From contig AP031373.1 in NCBI GenBank assembly GCA_042850255.1, forward strand, positions 660,001 to 692,000: a DNA stretch of 32,000 nucleotides, in the 5' to 3' direction. A program made the translations under genes and the position numbers. The notes below the pieces were generated by a model, which was given only the letters and a program-made list of their open reading frames with translations, ran no database searches and was not told the DNA's origin. Shown here one piece after another: positions 14,233 to 21,941 of this stretch. Each line of letters opens with the position of its first letter. Within the stretch, counting starts at the first letter, position 1. Source of the stretch: Nanobdellota archaeon. GTDB taxonomy: Archaea; Nanobdellota; Nanobdellia; Nanobdellales; Nanobdellaceae.

Positions 14233-15339
14233 CTATTTACTTTCCTTATTATATATTTCTATTAATTTTTTAATCTTTTCTTCTTTCAATTTATATCCTT
14301 TATAATTATATAATTTATAAGGATCCCTAGATACTTCTTCAATTTCTTTTATAACATTATATAATTCAAATAATTTTTTAGTTGGTTCTATTGATATAAT
14401 AGTTTTTATATTATAACTATTATTTTCTAATATTCCTAAAAAATTTAGTATTTTTATTATATCCATTGCAGCCTCATAATTTATTCCTAATTTTTTCATT
14501 AAATCTTCTGCATTAATTTCTTTTTTATTTTCATAAATATTTATTATATATCTTATAGATTTTTTTATATTTTTAGAATTAAATCTTTTATAGCCAGTTT
14601 CTTCTTCTATATATCTTCTAATTTTATCATTAATTTTTAAATTTTTTATTATTTGATCGTATTCCCTTGCTTTATCTATATTTATATAATATACAGATTC
14701 TTTATTATTATTATAACTTATTCCTTTACCTACTATTAATCCTCTATACATCATGTTTTTTAGATGATACCTTAATAAATTATCCTTTATATTTAATTTT
14801 TTATAAATTTCTGTTAAATTTATTTTTTTATTTGTTTTATATTCATTTACTATATATTCTATTATTCTTATCTTATCATTTGGATAATATCCTTCTCTAT
14901 TACCTTTATTTATGTAGAATATATATTTTGGAGATATTTCTAATTCCACAAATTTTTCTAAAATATATGATATAAATCCTTTAGTCAATTCTCCAAGATA
15001 TGATAATTTATAACCTGTTCTATTATTTTTATCTTTTGCTATTATAATTATTCCAAGTTCTAATAATTTATTATATAAATCTTGTCTATGTTCACTAGGT
15101 TTCAATGGCAAAAATTCTTTATATAAATCATAATTATTCTTTACATCTTCTTTATTTAATCTCATATTATTTAAAATATCTTTTATTATTTCTCCTTTAT
15201 TATAATAAATTTTTCCTTCTTTCAAAGATATATTGATAATAAATCTTCTAGTATTTGATAACAATAATATCAATGTATCTAGCCTTTTTTCTATAGTTTG
15301 ATTAATAAAATTATCTAATGAATTATCTTTATTTATCAT
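14233..15339 (-). CDS. Tandem winged-helix family protein, long class lacking the terminal wHTH (paralog E)
   Basis: The ORF track extends to 15378 (MVCYLKINCNYYI...). Alignment to the paralogs (SLDNFINQTIEKRL) and the conserved ACTATTATATA-ATG cassette support the Met at 15339, giving 368 aa. The family motifs are YKLSYLGELTKGFISYILEKFVELEISPKYIF and IEPTKKLFELYNVIKEIEEVSRDPYKLYNYKGY. Confidence 0.7.
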   Translation of the reverse strand: MINKDNSLDNFINQTIEKRLDTLILLLSNTRRFIINISLKEGKIYYNKGEIIKDILNNMRLNKEDVKNNYDLYKEFLPLKPSEHRQDLYNKLLELGIIIIAKDKNNRTGYKLSYLGELTKGFISYILEKFVELEISPKYIFYINKGNREGYYPNDKIRIIEYIVNEYKTNKKINLTEIYKKLNIKDNLLRYHLKNMMYRGLIVGKGISYNNNKESVYYINIDKAREYDQIIKNLKINDKIRRYIEEETGYKRFNSKNIKKSIRYIINIYENKKEINAEDLMKKLGINYEAAMDIIKILNFLGILENNSYNIKTIISIEPTKKLFELYNVIKEIEEVSRDPYKLYNYKGYKLKEEKIKKLIEIYNKESK

Positions 15340-15375
15340 TATATAATAGTTACAATTAATTTTTAAATAACATAC
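15340..15375 (-). promoter_or_regulatory. Conserved promoter/leader cassette (copy upstream of paralog E)
   Basis: The minus strand reads GTATGTTATTTAAAAATTAATTGTAACTATTATATA-ATG. It overlaps the last codons and stop (15356-15358) of the coiled-coil gene. Confidence 0.4.
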
Positions 15376-16309
15376 CAATTTTATTCTTTAAATCCATTAT
15401 ATTATAATTATTTAATAAATCATTTATATCAGAATAATTGATTTTTTCAATATTCATCTTAATATTTGCCAGTTTTTCAGAAATTTCAAATGAATTATTA
15501 TAATTATATAATTTTATTAAAAATTCAATAAAATATGTTTTATATTTTATTTTCTCTAATATTTGATCAATATAATTTATATCTGAAGATTCTATTTCTT
15601 TTATTAAACTATTTCCTATTATCTTTATTCTTTCATAAATTTTTATTATATTTTCAACATTATTAATATCCAATTTATTAAATTCATCCAATAATTTCTT
15701 TTCTAAATCTACTAAATAAATATAATCAATTTTATATGAGTCTTTCCCTATGTTGTCTATTTTTCTATCATAATAATATTTTGGTAATTTAGTAAATATT
15801 TCATTATAGATTTTCTTAAAATCTTTGTATGCATCTTTAAATTTATCATAAAATATCCTTAAATTATCTATACCATCTATAAGATATAAATAACTCCATA
15901 TTTCCTTATTATTTTCAATATAATTAATTAAATAGTCTAGTTGTTTATTTAATATATTAATTTTTTCATTTATTTTATTTAAATTATATTTTATATCAAC
16001 AATTTCTTTTGCTTTATTAATATCTCTTAAATGGTAATATATAATAGATATATCCTTTATTCTTTCGGATTTATCCATTATATCTTTTATTTTTTTAATT
16101 TTTTCCTTTTCTATATTTATCATTTTTATTTTTATAGAATTGTTTAGATAATAATTTAGGTATGAATTTATTTCTTTTAATTTATCATTTAAATAACTTA
16201 TAACAAATTCTTCATTTTCATTATTTTCTTTAAATTTTTTAGCATTATTAATAACATTTTCTAATATTTCATTAATTATACATAAATCATCACAATTCTT
16301 GAAATTCAT
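15356..16309 (-). CDS. Coiled-coil / all-helical protein embedded in the winged-helix paralog block (gene D)
   Basis: 317 aa, extremely N/I/K/E/Y-rich with long heptad-like runs (KINEKINILNKQLDYLINYIENNKE). It lacks the family motifs of its neighbours. Its start overlaps the upstream paralog by 20 nt. Confidence 0.55.
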   Translation of the reverse strand: MNFKNCDDLCIINEILENVINNAKKFKENNENEEFVISYLNDKLKEINSYLNYYLNNSIKIKMINIEKEKIKKIKDIMDKSERIKDISIIYYHLRDINKAKEIVDIKYNLNKINEKINILNKQLDYLINYIENNKEIWSYLYLIDGIDNLRIFYDKFKDAYKDFKKIYNEIFTKLPKYYYDRKIDNIGKDSYKIDYIYLVDLEKKLLDEFNKLDINNVENIIKIYERIKIIGNSLIKEIESSDINYIDQILEKIKYKTYFIEFLIKLYNYNNSFEISEKLANIKMNIEKINYSDINDLLNNYNIMDLKNKIGMLFKN

Positions 16310-17273
16310 TATATTTATTCTTTAATATATCAATCAGATTTTCTTTATATATCTCAGAATATTGAGAATATTTTTTCAAATTATTTATATCATTGGATAT
16401 ATCATTAATAGGTTCTATTACTTTTTCATGAAATTCTATTAACTTTCTAGTTGGTCTTATATAAACAGATTTTTCTTTATCTTCTCTATTAAGTACTTTA
16501 TACTTTCTTAATTCTTCTAATATACTTTCTATATATCTAATATTATAATCATTTAAATAATCAGCAATTTCTGAAGCATCTATTATAGTTTTTTGGCATT
16601 CTTTTAAATATTCTAATATTTCTTTAATTTTATCAGGATCTGACAATTTTTTAATTTCCCTATTTTTTATTTCATTATAAAATTTATCAATATTGTCAAT
16701 ATTAATGCTATATATTTTCCTAATATAAACTATAAAATTAAGATCTTCTAACAATTTCAAAGTCTTTATTATATAAGTTGAAGATATACCTTTCTTATCC
16801 AAATTTTCTTCCAATTTTCTTCTAGTAATATATTGATCTTTATCTTCTGCAATATAATCTATTAAATTTACGAAGTCTTCTATTCTAATATTTTTAAAAA
16901 TATTTTCAACATTCAATCCAATTATTATAGAATTGTAGAATATATAAGATATAAATCCCTGGAAATTTGCTCCTAATTCAGATAACTTATAACCATTTTT
17001 ATATTTTTCTACTAATTTCATATTTTCAAGATCTTCTATATACTTATCTTTTTCATAATATTTATCAGGATCTAAATATAAATATTTCAAAAGTAGATCA
17101 TTATTTGAAGCTAGGTTAGAAATTATATTTATTATATCAGTACGAATATCTTTTTTTGATAGCATTTGATCTAGAGTTCCCATTATATAATGGTAACAAT
17201 ATATTTTTTTAAATATGCTACGATCAAAGTAATTTTTATGAAAATTATTCATCATAACACCATTTATTATCAT
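16290..17273 (-). CDS. Tandem winged-helix family protein, short class (paralog C)
   Basis: 327 aa as tracked. The true start may be the ATG at 17255/17252 overlapping the stop of paralog B, or 17183 (MGTLDQML aligns with MDGLDKII of paralog G). The family motifs are DLLLKYLYLDPDKYY, YKLSELGANFQGFISYIFYN and IRPTRKLIEFHEKVIEPINDISNDINNLKKYSQY. Confidence 0.65.
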   Translation of the reverse strand: MIINGVMMNNFHKNYFDRSIFKKIYCYHYIMGTLDQMLSKKDIRTDIINIISNLASNNDLLLKYLYLDPDKYYEKDKYIEDLENMKLVEKYKNGYKLSELGANFQGFISYIFYNSIIIGLNVENIFKNIRIEDFVNLIDYIAEDKDQYITRRKLEENLDKKGISSTYIIKTLKLLEDLNFIVYIRKIYSINIDNIDKFYNEIKNREIKKLSDPDKIKEILEYLKECQKTIIDASEIADYLNDYNIRYIESILEELRKYKVLNREDKEKSVYIRPTRKLIEFHEKVIEPINDISNDINNLKKYSQYSEIYKENLIDILKNKYNEFQEL

Positions 17274-18486
17274 CTCTTTTTACAATCCCCATTTTTTCTA
17301 ATCTTTTTAATGTATATGATAATGTTCCTGTATTATATTTAGTATATTTACTTATTTCACTTAATGTTAAACATTTATTCTTATTTAAAATATCAATTAT
17401 TTTATCTTCTTTTTCTTGAAGATCCTTTTTCCATTTATAATATATAACTAATAATTTTGTTATATCATCTTTCGTTAATTTATTTTCATATATTTTATAA
17501 TCTTTTATTTTATCGGGATTTTTTGATATTTCTTTTATTGGTAATATTATTTCATTATATATATTAACTAATTCATTATTGATTTGAATATAAGATTTAT
17601 TTATTTTTTCTTTATTAATTACATCTTCTTTACTAAGAATAGATATATATTTATTTATTATAACAAGACTCATACCTCTTTTATTTATTAATTCTCCAGG
17701 ATCTAATATAGATTTTTCATTTTTTATAATATAATTTAATATATATTCAATATTTTCAATACTATAATTACTAATTTTATATTTTTTCATTTCTTCTTCT
17801 GGATTTTCATATAATTTATTATAATATTCCTTTGCCTTATCTAAATTTACCTTATATATTATAATAGGTTGTCTATTTTTATTATAAATTATTAATCCTA
17901 ATTTGGATAATCTAAACAATATTAATCTAACTATAGATTCTGATAATTTGTATGTATCTTCAATATCCTTCATACCTATTTTCTTATCCTTATTTTCTAC
18001 AAGATATTCTATTACATTTATTGTATTTACAGGATTTGCCTTTTCAACAGATTTTCTAGTATGACCAAATAATTCATAAGGATTTATGTTAAATTTTACA
18101 TACTCTTTTAACAAATAGTTTAAAAAACCTTCTATATCTTCTCCAAAAGAAGATTTAATATATCTATTTTTATCTACTTCTATAATTATCCCAATTTTAG
18201 TTAATATTCCTTCTTTTTCATTTATTGTTGATAAATATTTAAAATAAGTAGTAGATCCTGGTATAATATCTTTTACTTTAACATTATTATCTATTATATC
18301 ATCCAAATTTTTTCCTATAAATTCTAAAAAATCGTTTCTAATCTCTTCTCCATTTTTATAAATTTTTCTTCTTTTTAATGATAAAATAGTTAACATTCTT
18401 ATTATGTGATTATTTATTCTTGACAAATCTTCTAATCTTTTATCTTCAGGTTGTTTTTTAAAATCTTCTATTGTATAGTCTTTCAT
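17245..18486 (-). CDS. Tandem winged-helix family protein, long class (paralog B, about four wHTH units)
   Basis: 413 aa. The family motifs are TIEDFKKQPEDKRL, SSFGEDIEGFLNYLLKEYVKFNINPYELF, VIEYLVENK and ELVNIYNEIILPIKEISKNPDKIKDYKIY. The terminal wHTH is LTLSEISKYTKYNTGTLSYTLKRLEKMGIVKRDDNKWCY. Confidence 0.7.
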   Translation of the reverse strand: MKDYTIEDFKKQPEDKRLEDLSRINNHIIRMLTILSLKRRKIYKNGEEIRNDFLEFIGKNLDDIIDNNVKVKDIIPGSTTYFKYLSTINEKEGILTKIGIIIEVDKNRYIKSSFGEDIEGFLNYLLKEYVKFNINPYELFGHTRKSVEKANPVNTINVIEYLVENKDKKIGMKDIEDTYKLSESIVRLILFRLSKLGLIIYNKNRQPIIIYKVNLDKAKEYYNKLYENPEEEMKKYKISNYSIENIEYILNYIIKNEKSILDPGELINKRGMSLVIINKYISILSKEDVINKEKINKSYIQINNELVNIYNEIILPIKEISKNPDKIKDYKIYENKLTKDDITKLLVIYYKWKKDLQEKEDKIIDILNKNKCLTLSEISKYTKYNTGTLSYTLKRLEKMGIVKRDDNKWCYDE

Positions 18487-18514
18487 TATATAATAGTGGT
18501 ATTAATTTTTTTAA
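18487..18514 (-). promoter_or_regulatory. Conserved promoter/leader cassette (copy upstream of paralog B)
   Basis: The minus strand reads TTAAAAAAATTAATACCACTATTATATA-ATG. It fills the entire 28-nt gap after the TAG stop of paralog A. Confidence 0.4.
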
Positions 18515-19168
18515 CTATGTTATATACTTATTTATGTTTTTAGGATTCTCTACTACGTCAAATATTGGATATATAAGATTATATATTTTTCTTAGTTCTT
18601 CTTTTGGTTTAATTATATGATATCCTTTTCTACCTTCGATTTTATAATATTCTATTAAATTATATCCTAGTAGTTTATTTAACGCATTACTACCCAATTT
18701 AGAATTTTTTAATTTAAAGCATTGATGTATTTCTTTACATTCTATACTTTCTTGTTCTCCTATATTTCTTATAGCCTCCATAATATATTTATTTCCTATA
18801 ATTTCTTTTGGAAATATATTTGAGTTTTCATAAATATCTTTTAACATCTTTGATATAAATTTTTTCATAATTTCTCCAAGTTTAGATATTTTATAGTTAT
18901 CATCTACTTTTATTAATAGTCCATATTTATTTAAATTATTTAAATAATTCGATATAAAACGCTTAATATTATCTATCTCTTTTAAATCTTCTTTTGGTAT
19001 TTTATAATATTTTAATAATTCTCCTAATATTTCTTCTTTACTATATTTTTTATTCTTAAGTGAATTTAAAATATCTACATAATATTTATTATTTAATAAT
19101 CTAAATATAATATTTAATCTTTCTGTTTTTGATTTTTTTATAAAGTTATCTAAAGTATTATCTTCCAT
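18515..19168 (-). CDS. Tandem winged-helix family protein, truncated-architecture member (paralog A, about two wHTH units)
   Basis: 217 aa. The family motifs are TLDNFIKKSKTERLNIIFRLLNN, YKISKLGEIMKKFISKMLKDIY and IIKPKEELRKIYNLIYPIFDVVENPKNINKY. Confidence 0.65.
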   Translation of the reverse strand: MEDNTLDNFIKKSKTERLNIIFRLLNNKYYVDILNSLKNKKYSKEEILGELLKYYKIPKEDLKEIDNIKRFISNYLNNLNKYGLLIKVDDNYKISKLGEIMKKFISKMLKDIYENSNIFPKEIIGNKYIMEAIRNIGEQESIECKEIHQCFKLKNSKLGSNALNKLLGYNLIEYYKIEGRKGYHIIKPKEELRKIYNLIYPIFDVVENPKNINKYIT

Positions 19169-19268
19169 TATTATATATTCTAAGAATTTTTTATAATATT
19201 TACTATATAGTAGTATAATACTATATTCACAAAGTAAAGGTTAAAAAATTTTTAATTATTTTTGTTAC

Positions 19269-19715
19269 ATGGATATGAAGTATGAAGAGTTTATTAAAAA
19301 AGTAATAGAATTTAAAGAGAATATTAAAATTATATATAAAGATTTTTATTTATATTTATATGGAAAAAATAATAAAAAAGAAAAACAAGAACTAGAAAAT
19401 AAAATAAAAGATTCTATATATAAATTTATGGAAGATATAAAAGTCTTTTATAATAAATATAAAAATGAAAATTTATCAATAAAAGATAAAATAATATTGG
19501 AAACTTTGTTGGGATATTCTATTATTTCAAAACATTTATTAGATAAGATAATAATTAATAAGGAGAAATATGATATTGAAGATCTGGATAATCTTGTTTC
19601 TGCAATTCCAAGAGCTTCTAGATATAGTATAGAACTTAAAGAATTGGGTAATGAAATATTAGAATGTAAATATATAGATAGAAATATTGTATGTCAGATA
19701 AAATATAAAGAATAA
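19269..19715 (+). CDS. Hypothetical helical protein (148 aa), divergent from the winged-helix block
   Basis: Clean ORF of genome-typical composition that shares a 100-nt divergent promoter region with paralog A. No motif recognised. Confidence 0.45.
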   Translation: MDMKYEEFIKKVIEFKENIKIIYKDFYLYLYGKNNKKEKQELENKIKDSIYKFMEDIKVFYNKYKNENLSIKDKIILETLLGYSIISKHLLDKIIINKEKYDIEDLDNLVSAIPRASRYSIELKELGNEILECKYIDRNIVCQIKYKE

Positions 19716-19747
19716 AGTTTTATATAAATTTCTAAGAAAAATAAAAA

Positions 19748-20302
19748 ATGGTGGAGATATGTAAAAATATAGATGAGGGAATGGCAGTATATAAATTATC
19801 ATTAGAAATGATAGATAATTTAAAAGATGTAAATTATGAAGATATGTATCATTTATCAACAATATTGGAAGAATGTTATAAAAATCTATATAATAGAAAA
19901 TCTATTAATTTGGATGAAATAAATAAATTAAATATTATAAAAAGAGAAGCTGAAGTATTAAAATATTTATCTTATTGTTTAAAAAATAATAAGATAGGTA
20001 AAGAACATATACCTTACATTAAGAATTCTATTGAAAATCTTTTAGAGGCTAAAAAATATTTGGATTTTGTAATATTTAATTTAGAAATATCACAAAAAAA
20101 TTTAGATCAATACTTAAGTAATAATAAAAATGATACAGGAATGATAACGAATTATAATTTTATATCAGATGTAACAAATTTATTAAAAAGTTTGTATGAT
20201 ATTATTGATCCGGAAAAATTATTTAATAATGATATATCAAAATTTGATACTATAATAAGATATACTAATAATTTATTAAATGAATCAAAGAAAAAACAAT
20301 AA
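19748..20302 (+). CDS. Hypothetical helical protein (184 aa)
   Basis: Clean ORF lying 32 nt downstream of the previous gene. It looks all-helical by composition. No motif recognised. Confidence 0.45.
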   Translation: MVEICKNIDEGMAVYKLSLEMIDNLKDVNYEDMYHLSTILEECYKNLYNRKSINLDEINKLNIIKREAEVLKYLSYCLKNNKIGKEHIPYIKNSIENLLEAKKYLDFVIFNLEISQKNLDQYLSNNKNDTGMITNYNFISDVTNLLKSLYDIIDPEKLFNNDISKFDTIIRYTNNLLNESKKKQ

Positions 20303-20349
20303 ATTTTTAAAATAGAAGGTTTATTAATTTATAATGGTATATCGGTCAA

Positions 20350-21912
20350 ATGGGGTTTCCAGTTGATGTAGATTTTTTGAGGAATAACATAGAATTATAT
20401 AAAGAAACTTTTAAAAAAAGAGGGTTGGACGAAAGTTTAGTAGATAAGGCTATAGAATTGGATAATAAAAGAAGGGAGTTACAAAGGGAAGTAGATAAAT
20501 TAAAACATAAGAAAAATTTATATTCAAAGTTTTATGGTTATGCATTACAATATAAAAATGGAAAAATTAGTAAAGAAGAATTTATTAAAAATGCAATAAA
20601 TTTGGGATTTGATATACATGAGGGAGATATTGATTTAGAAAGATTAAAGGAAGATATAAAAAATATTGATGAAGAAATATTAAAAAAGGAAGAGGAATAT
20701 AAAAATGTAGAAAACAATTTAATAGATTTATTATGGAACTTTTCAAATTTATTATCTCCAGAAGTTCCAATAGGTGATGAAAGTAACAATACTCCAGTAA
20801 GGTTTTGGGGAGTACCAAGGGTATATGATATAAATTTATTTAAAGAACAGACTGAAAGATTTGGATGGAAAATAATAGAAATAGCAAATATAGATGAAAA
20901 ATATGTAAAAAATAAAGAATTATTAAAAGAATTAATTGAAATGTTAGATGATAAAAAAGATTTTACAGAAATAAACTTTAATGATGTATTAGATTTTGAA
21001 AAATTAAATCAAGATAAGATTGTTGTATATAAAAAAGTAAATCATGAATTAAAGCATCAGTATGATATATTAAAAGAATTTAATTTAGCAGATACAGATA
21101 TTGCAGGAAACGTTTCAGGATCAAGATTTTACTTTGAATTTAACGCATTATCATTATTAGATTTAGGATTAAGTTTAGAAGGAGTAAAATATATGATGAA
21201 AAAAGGTTATAAATTTACAATACCTCCATATATGTTAAAAAGAGATATATTAGATGGAATAATTACTTTAGATGATTTTGCAGATATGATGTATAAAATT
21301 GATGGAGAAGATTTATATTTAATAGGAACTGCAGAGCATCCTATTACTGCATTATATTATAATTCTATAATAAATGAAGATGAATTACCAATAAAAATTA
21401 CAGGATGGAGCCCATGTTTTAGAAAAGAAGCTGGAGCACATGGAAAAGATACAAAAGGATTATTTAGATTACATCAATTCCATAAAGTAGAACAATATAT
21501 ATTTTGTAAACCTGAAGATTCTGAAAAATATCATCAAGAATTAATAAAAAATGCACAAGAATTTCTAGAAAAATTAAATATTCCATATAGGACTGTAATA
21601 ATTGCATCAAAAGATATGGGAAAAAGGAATTATAAACAGTATGATATAGAAGGATGGTTCCCTGGACAACAAAAATATAGGGAATTAATATCAGGATCGA
21701 ATGTTACAGACTGGCAAGCAAGGAGATCTAATATTAGATATAGGAAAAAAGATAATAGTTTAGAATATGTACATACACTAAATTGTACATTAACTGCAGT
21801 ACAGAGAACAATAACATGTATATTAGAAAATAATTATGATTATAAAAATAATAGAATATATATACCAAAGATATTACAAAAGCATTTAGAGGGAGAATTT
21901 ATATCAAAATAA
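20350..21912 (+). CDS. serS: Seryl-tRNA synthetase (bacterial/common type) with unusual insertions
   Basis: 520 aa. There is an N-terminal coiled-coil arm. Class II motifs include GSRFYF, LIGTAEHPITALYYN, CFRKEAGAHGKDTKGLFRLHQFHKVEQY and YDIEGWFPGQQKYRELISGSNVTDWQARR...HTLNCTLTAVQR. Confidence 0.9.
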   Translation: MGFPVDVDFLRNNIELYKETFKKRGLDESLVDKAIELDNKRRELQREVDKLKHKKNLYSKFYGYALQYKNGKISKEEFIKNAINLGFDIHEGDIDLERLKEDIKNIDEEILKKEEEYKNVENNLIDLLWNFSNLLSPEVPIGDESNNTPVRFWGVPRVYDINLFKEQTERFGWKIIEIANIDEKYVKNKELLKELIEMLDDKKDFTEINFNDVLDFEKLNQDKIVVYKKVNHELKHQYDILKEFNLADTDIAGNVSGSRFYFEFNALSLLDLGLSLEGVKYMMKKGYKFTIPPYMLKRDILDGIITLDDFADMMYKIDGEDLYLIGTAEHPITALYYNSIINEDELPIKITGWSPCFRKEAGAHGKDTKGLFRLHQFHKVEQYIFCKPEDSEKYHQELIKNAQEFLEKLNIPYRTVIIASKDMGKRNYKQYDIEGWFPGQQKYRELISGSNVTDWQARRSNIRYRKKDNSLEYVHTLNCTLTAVQRTITCILENNYDYKNNRIYIPKILQKHLEGEFISK

Positions 21913-21941
21913 TTTTTTAAAATTTTATTACAATAAATATA

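Noticed and set aside
14667-14975. 102-aa plus-strand ORF inside paralog E
   Set aside because: It is an antisense L/Y/F-rich shadow ORF.
15340-15378. N-terminal extension MVCYLKINCNYYI of paralog E in the ORF track
   Set aside because: The paralog alignment begins at MINKDNSLDNF. The conserved ACTATTATATA-ATG cassette places the start at 15339. The extension would also overlap the upstream gene.
19659-19862. 67-aa minus-strand ORF spanning the 19715/19748 gene junction
   Set aside because: It is antisense to two better ORFs and low in complexity.
20538-20818. Two minus-strand ORFs (83 and 77 aa) inside serS
   Set aside because: They are antisense to an unambiguous aminoacyl-tRNA synthetase gene.
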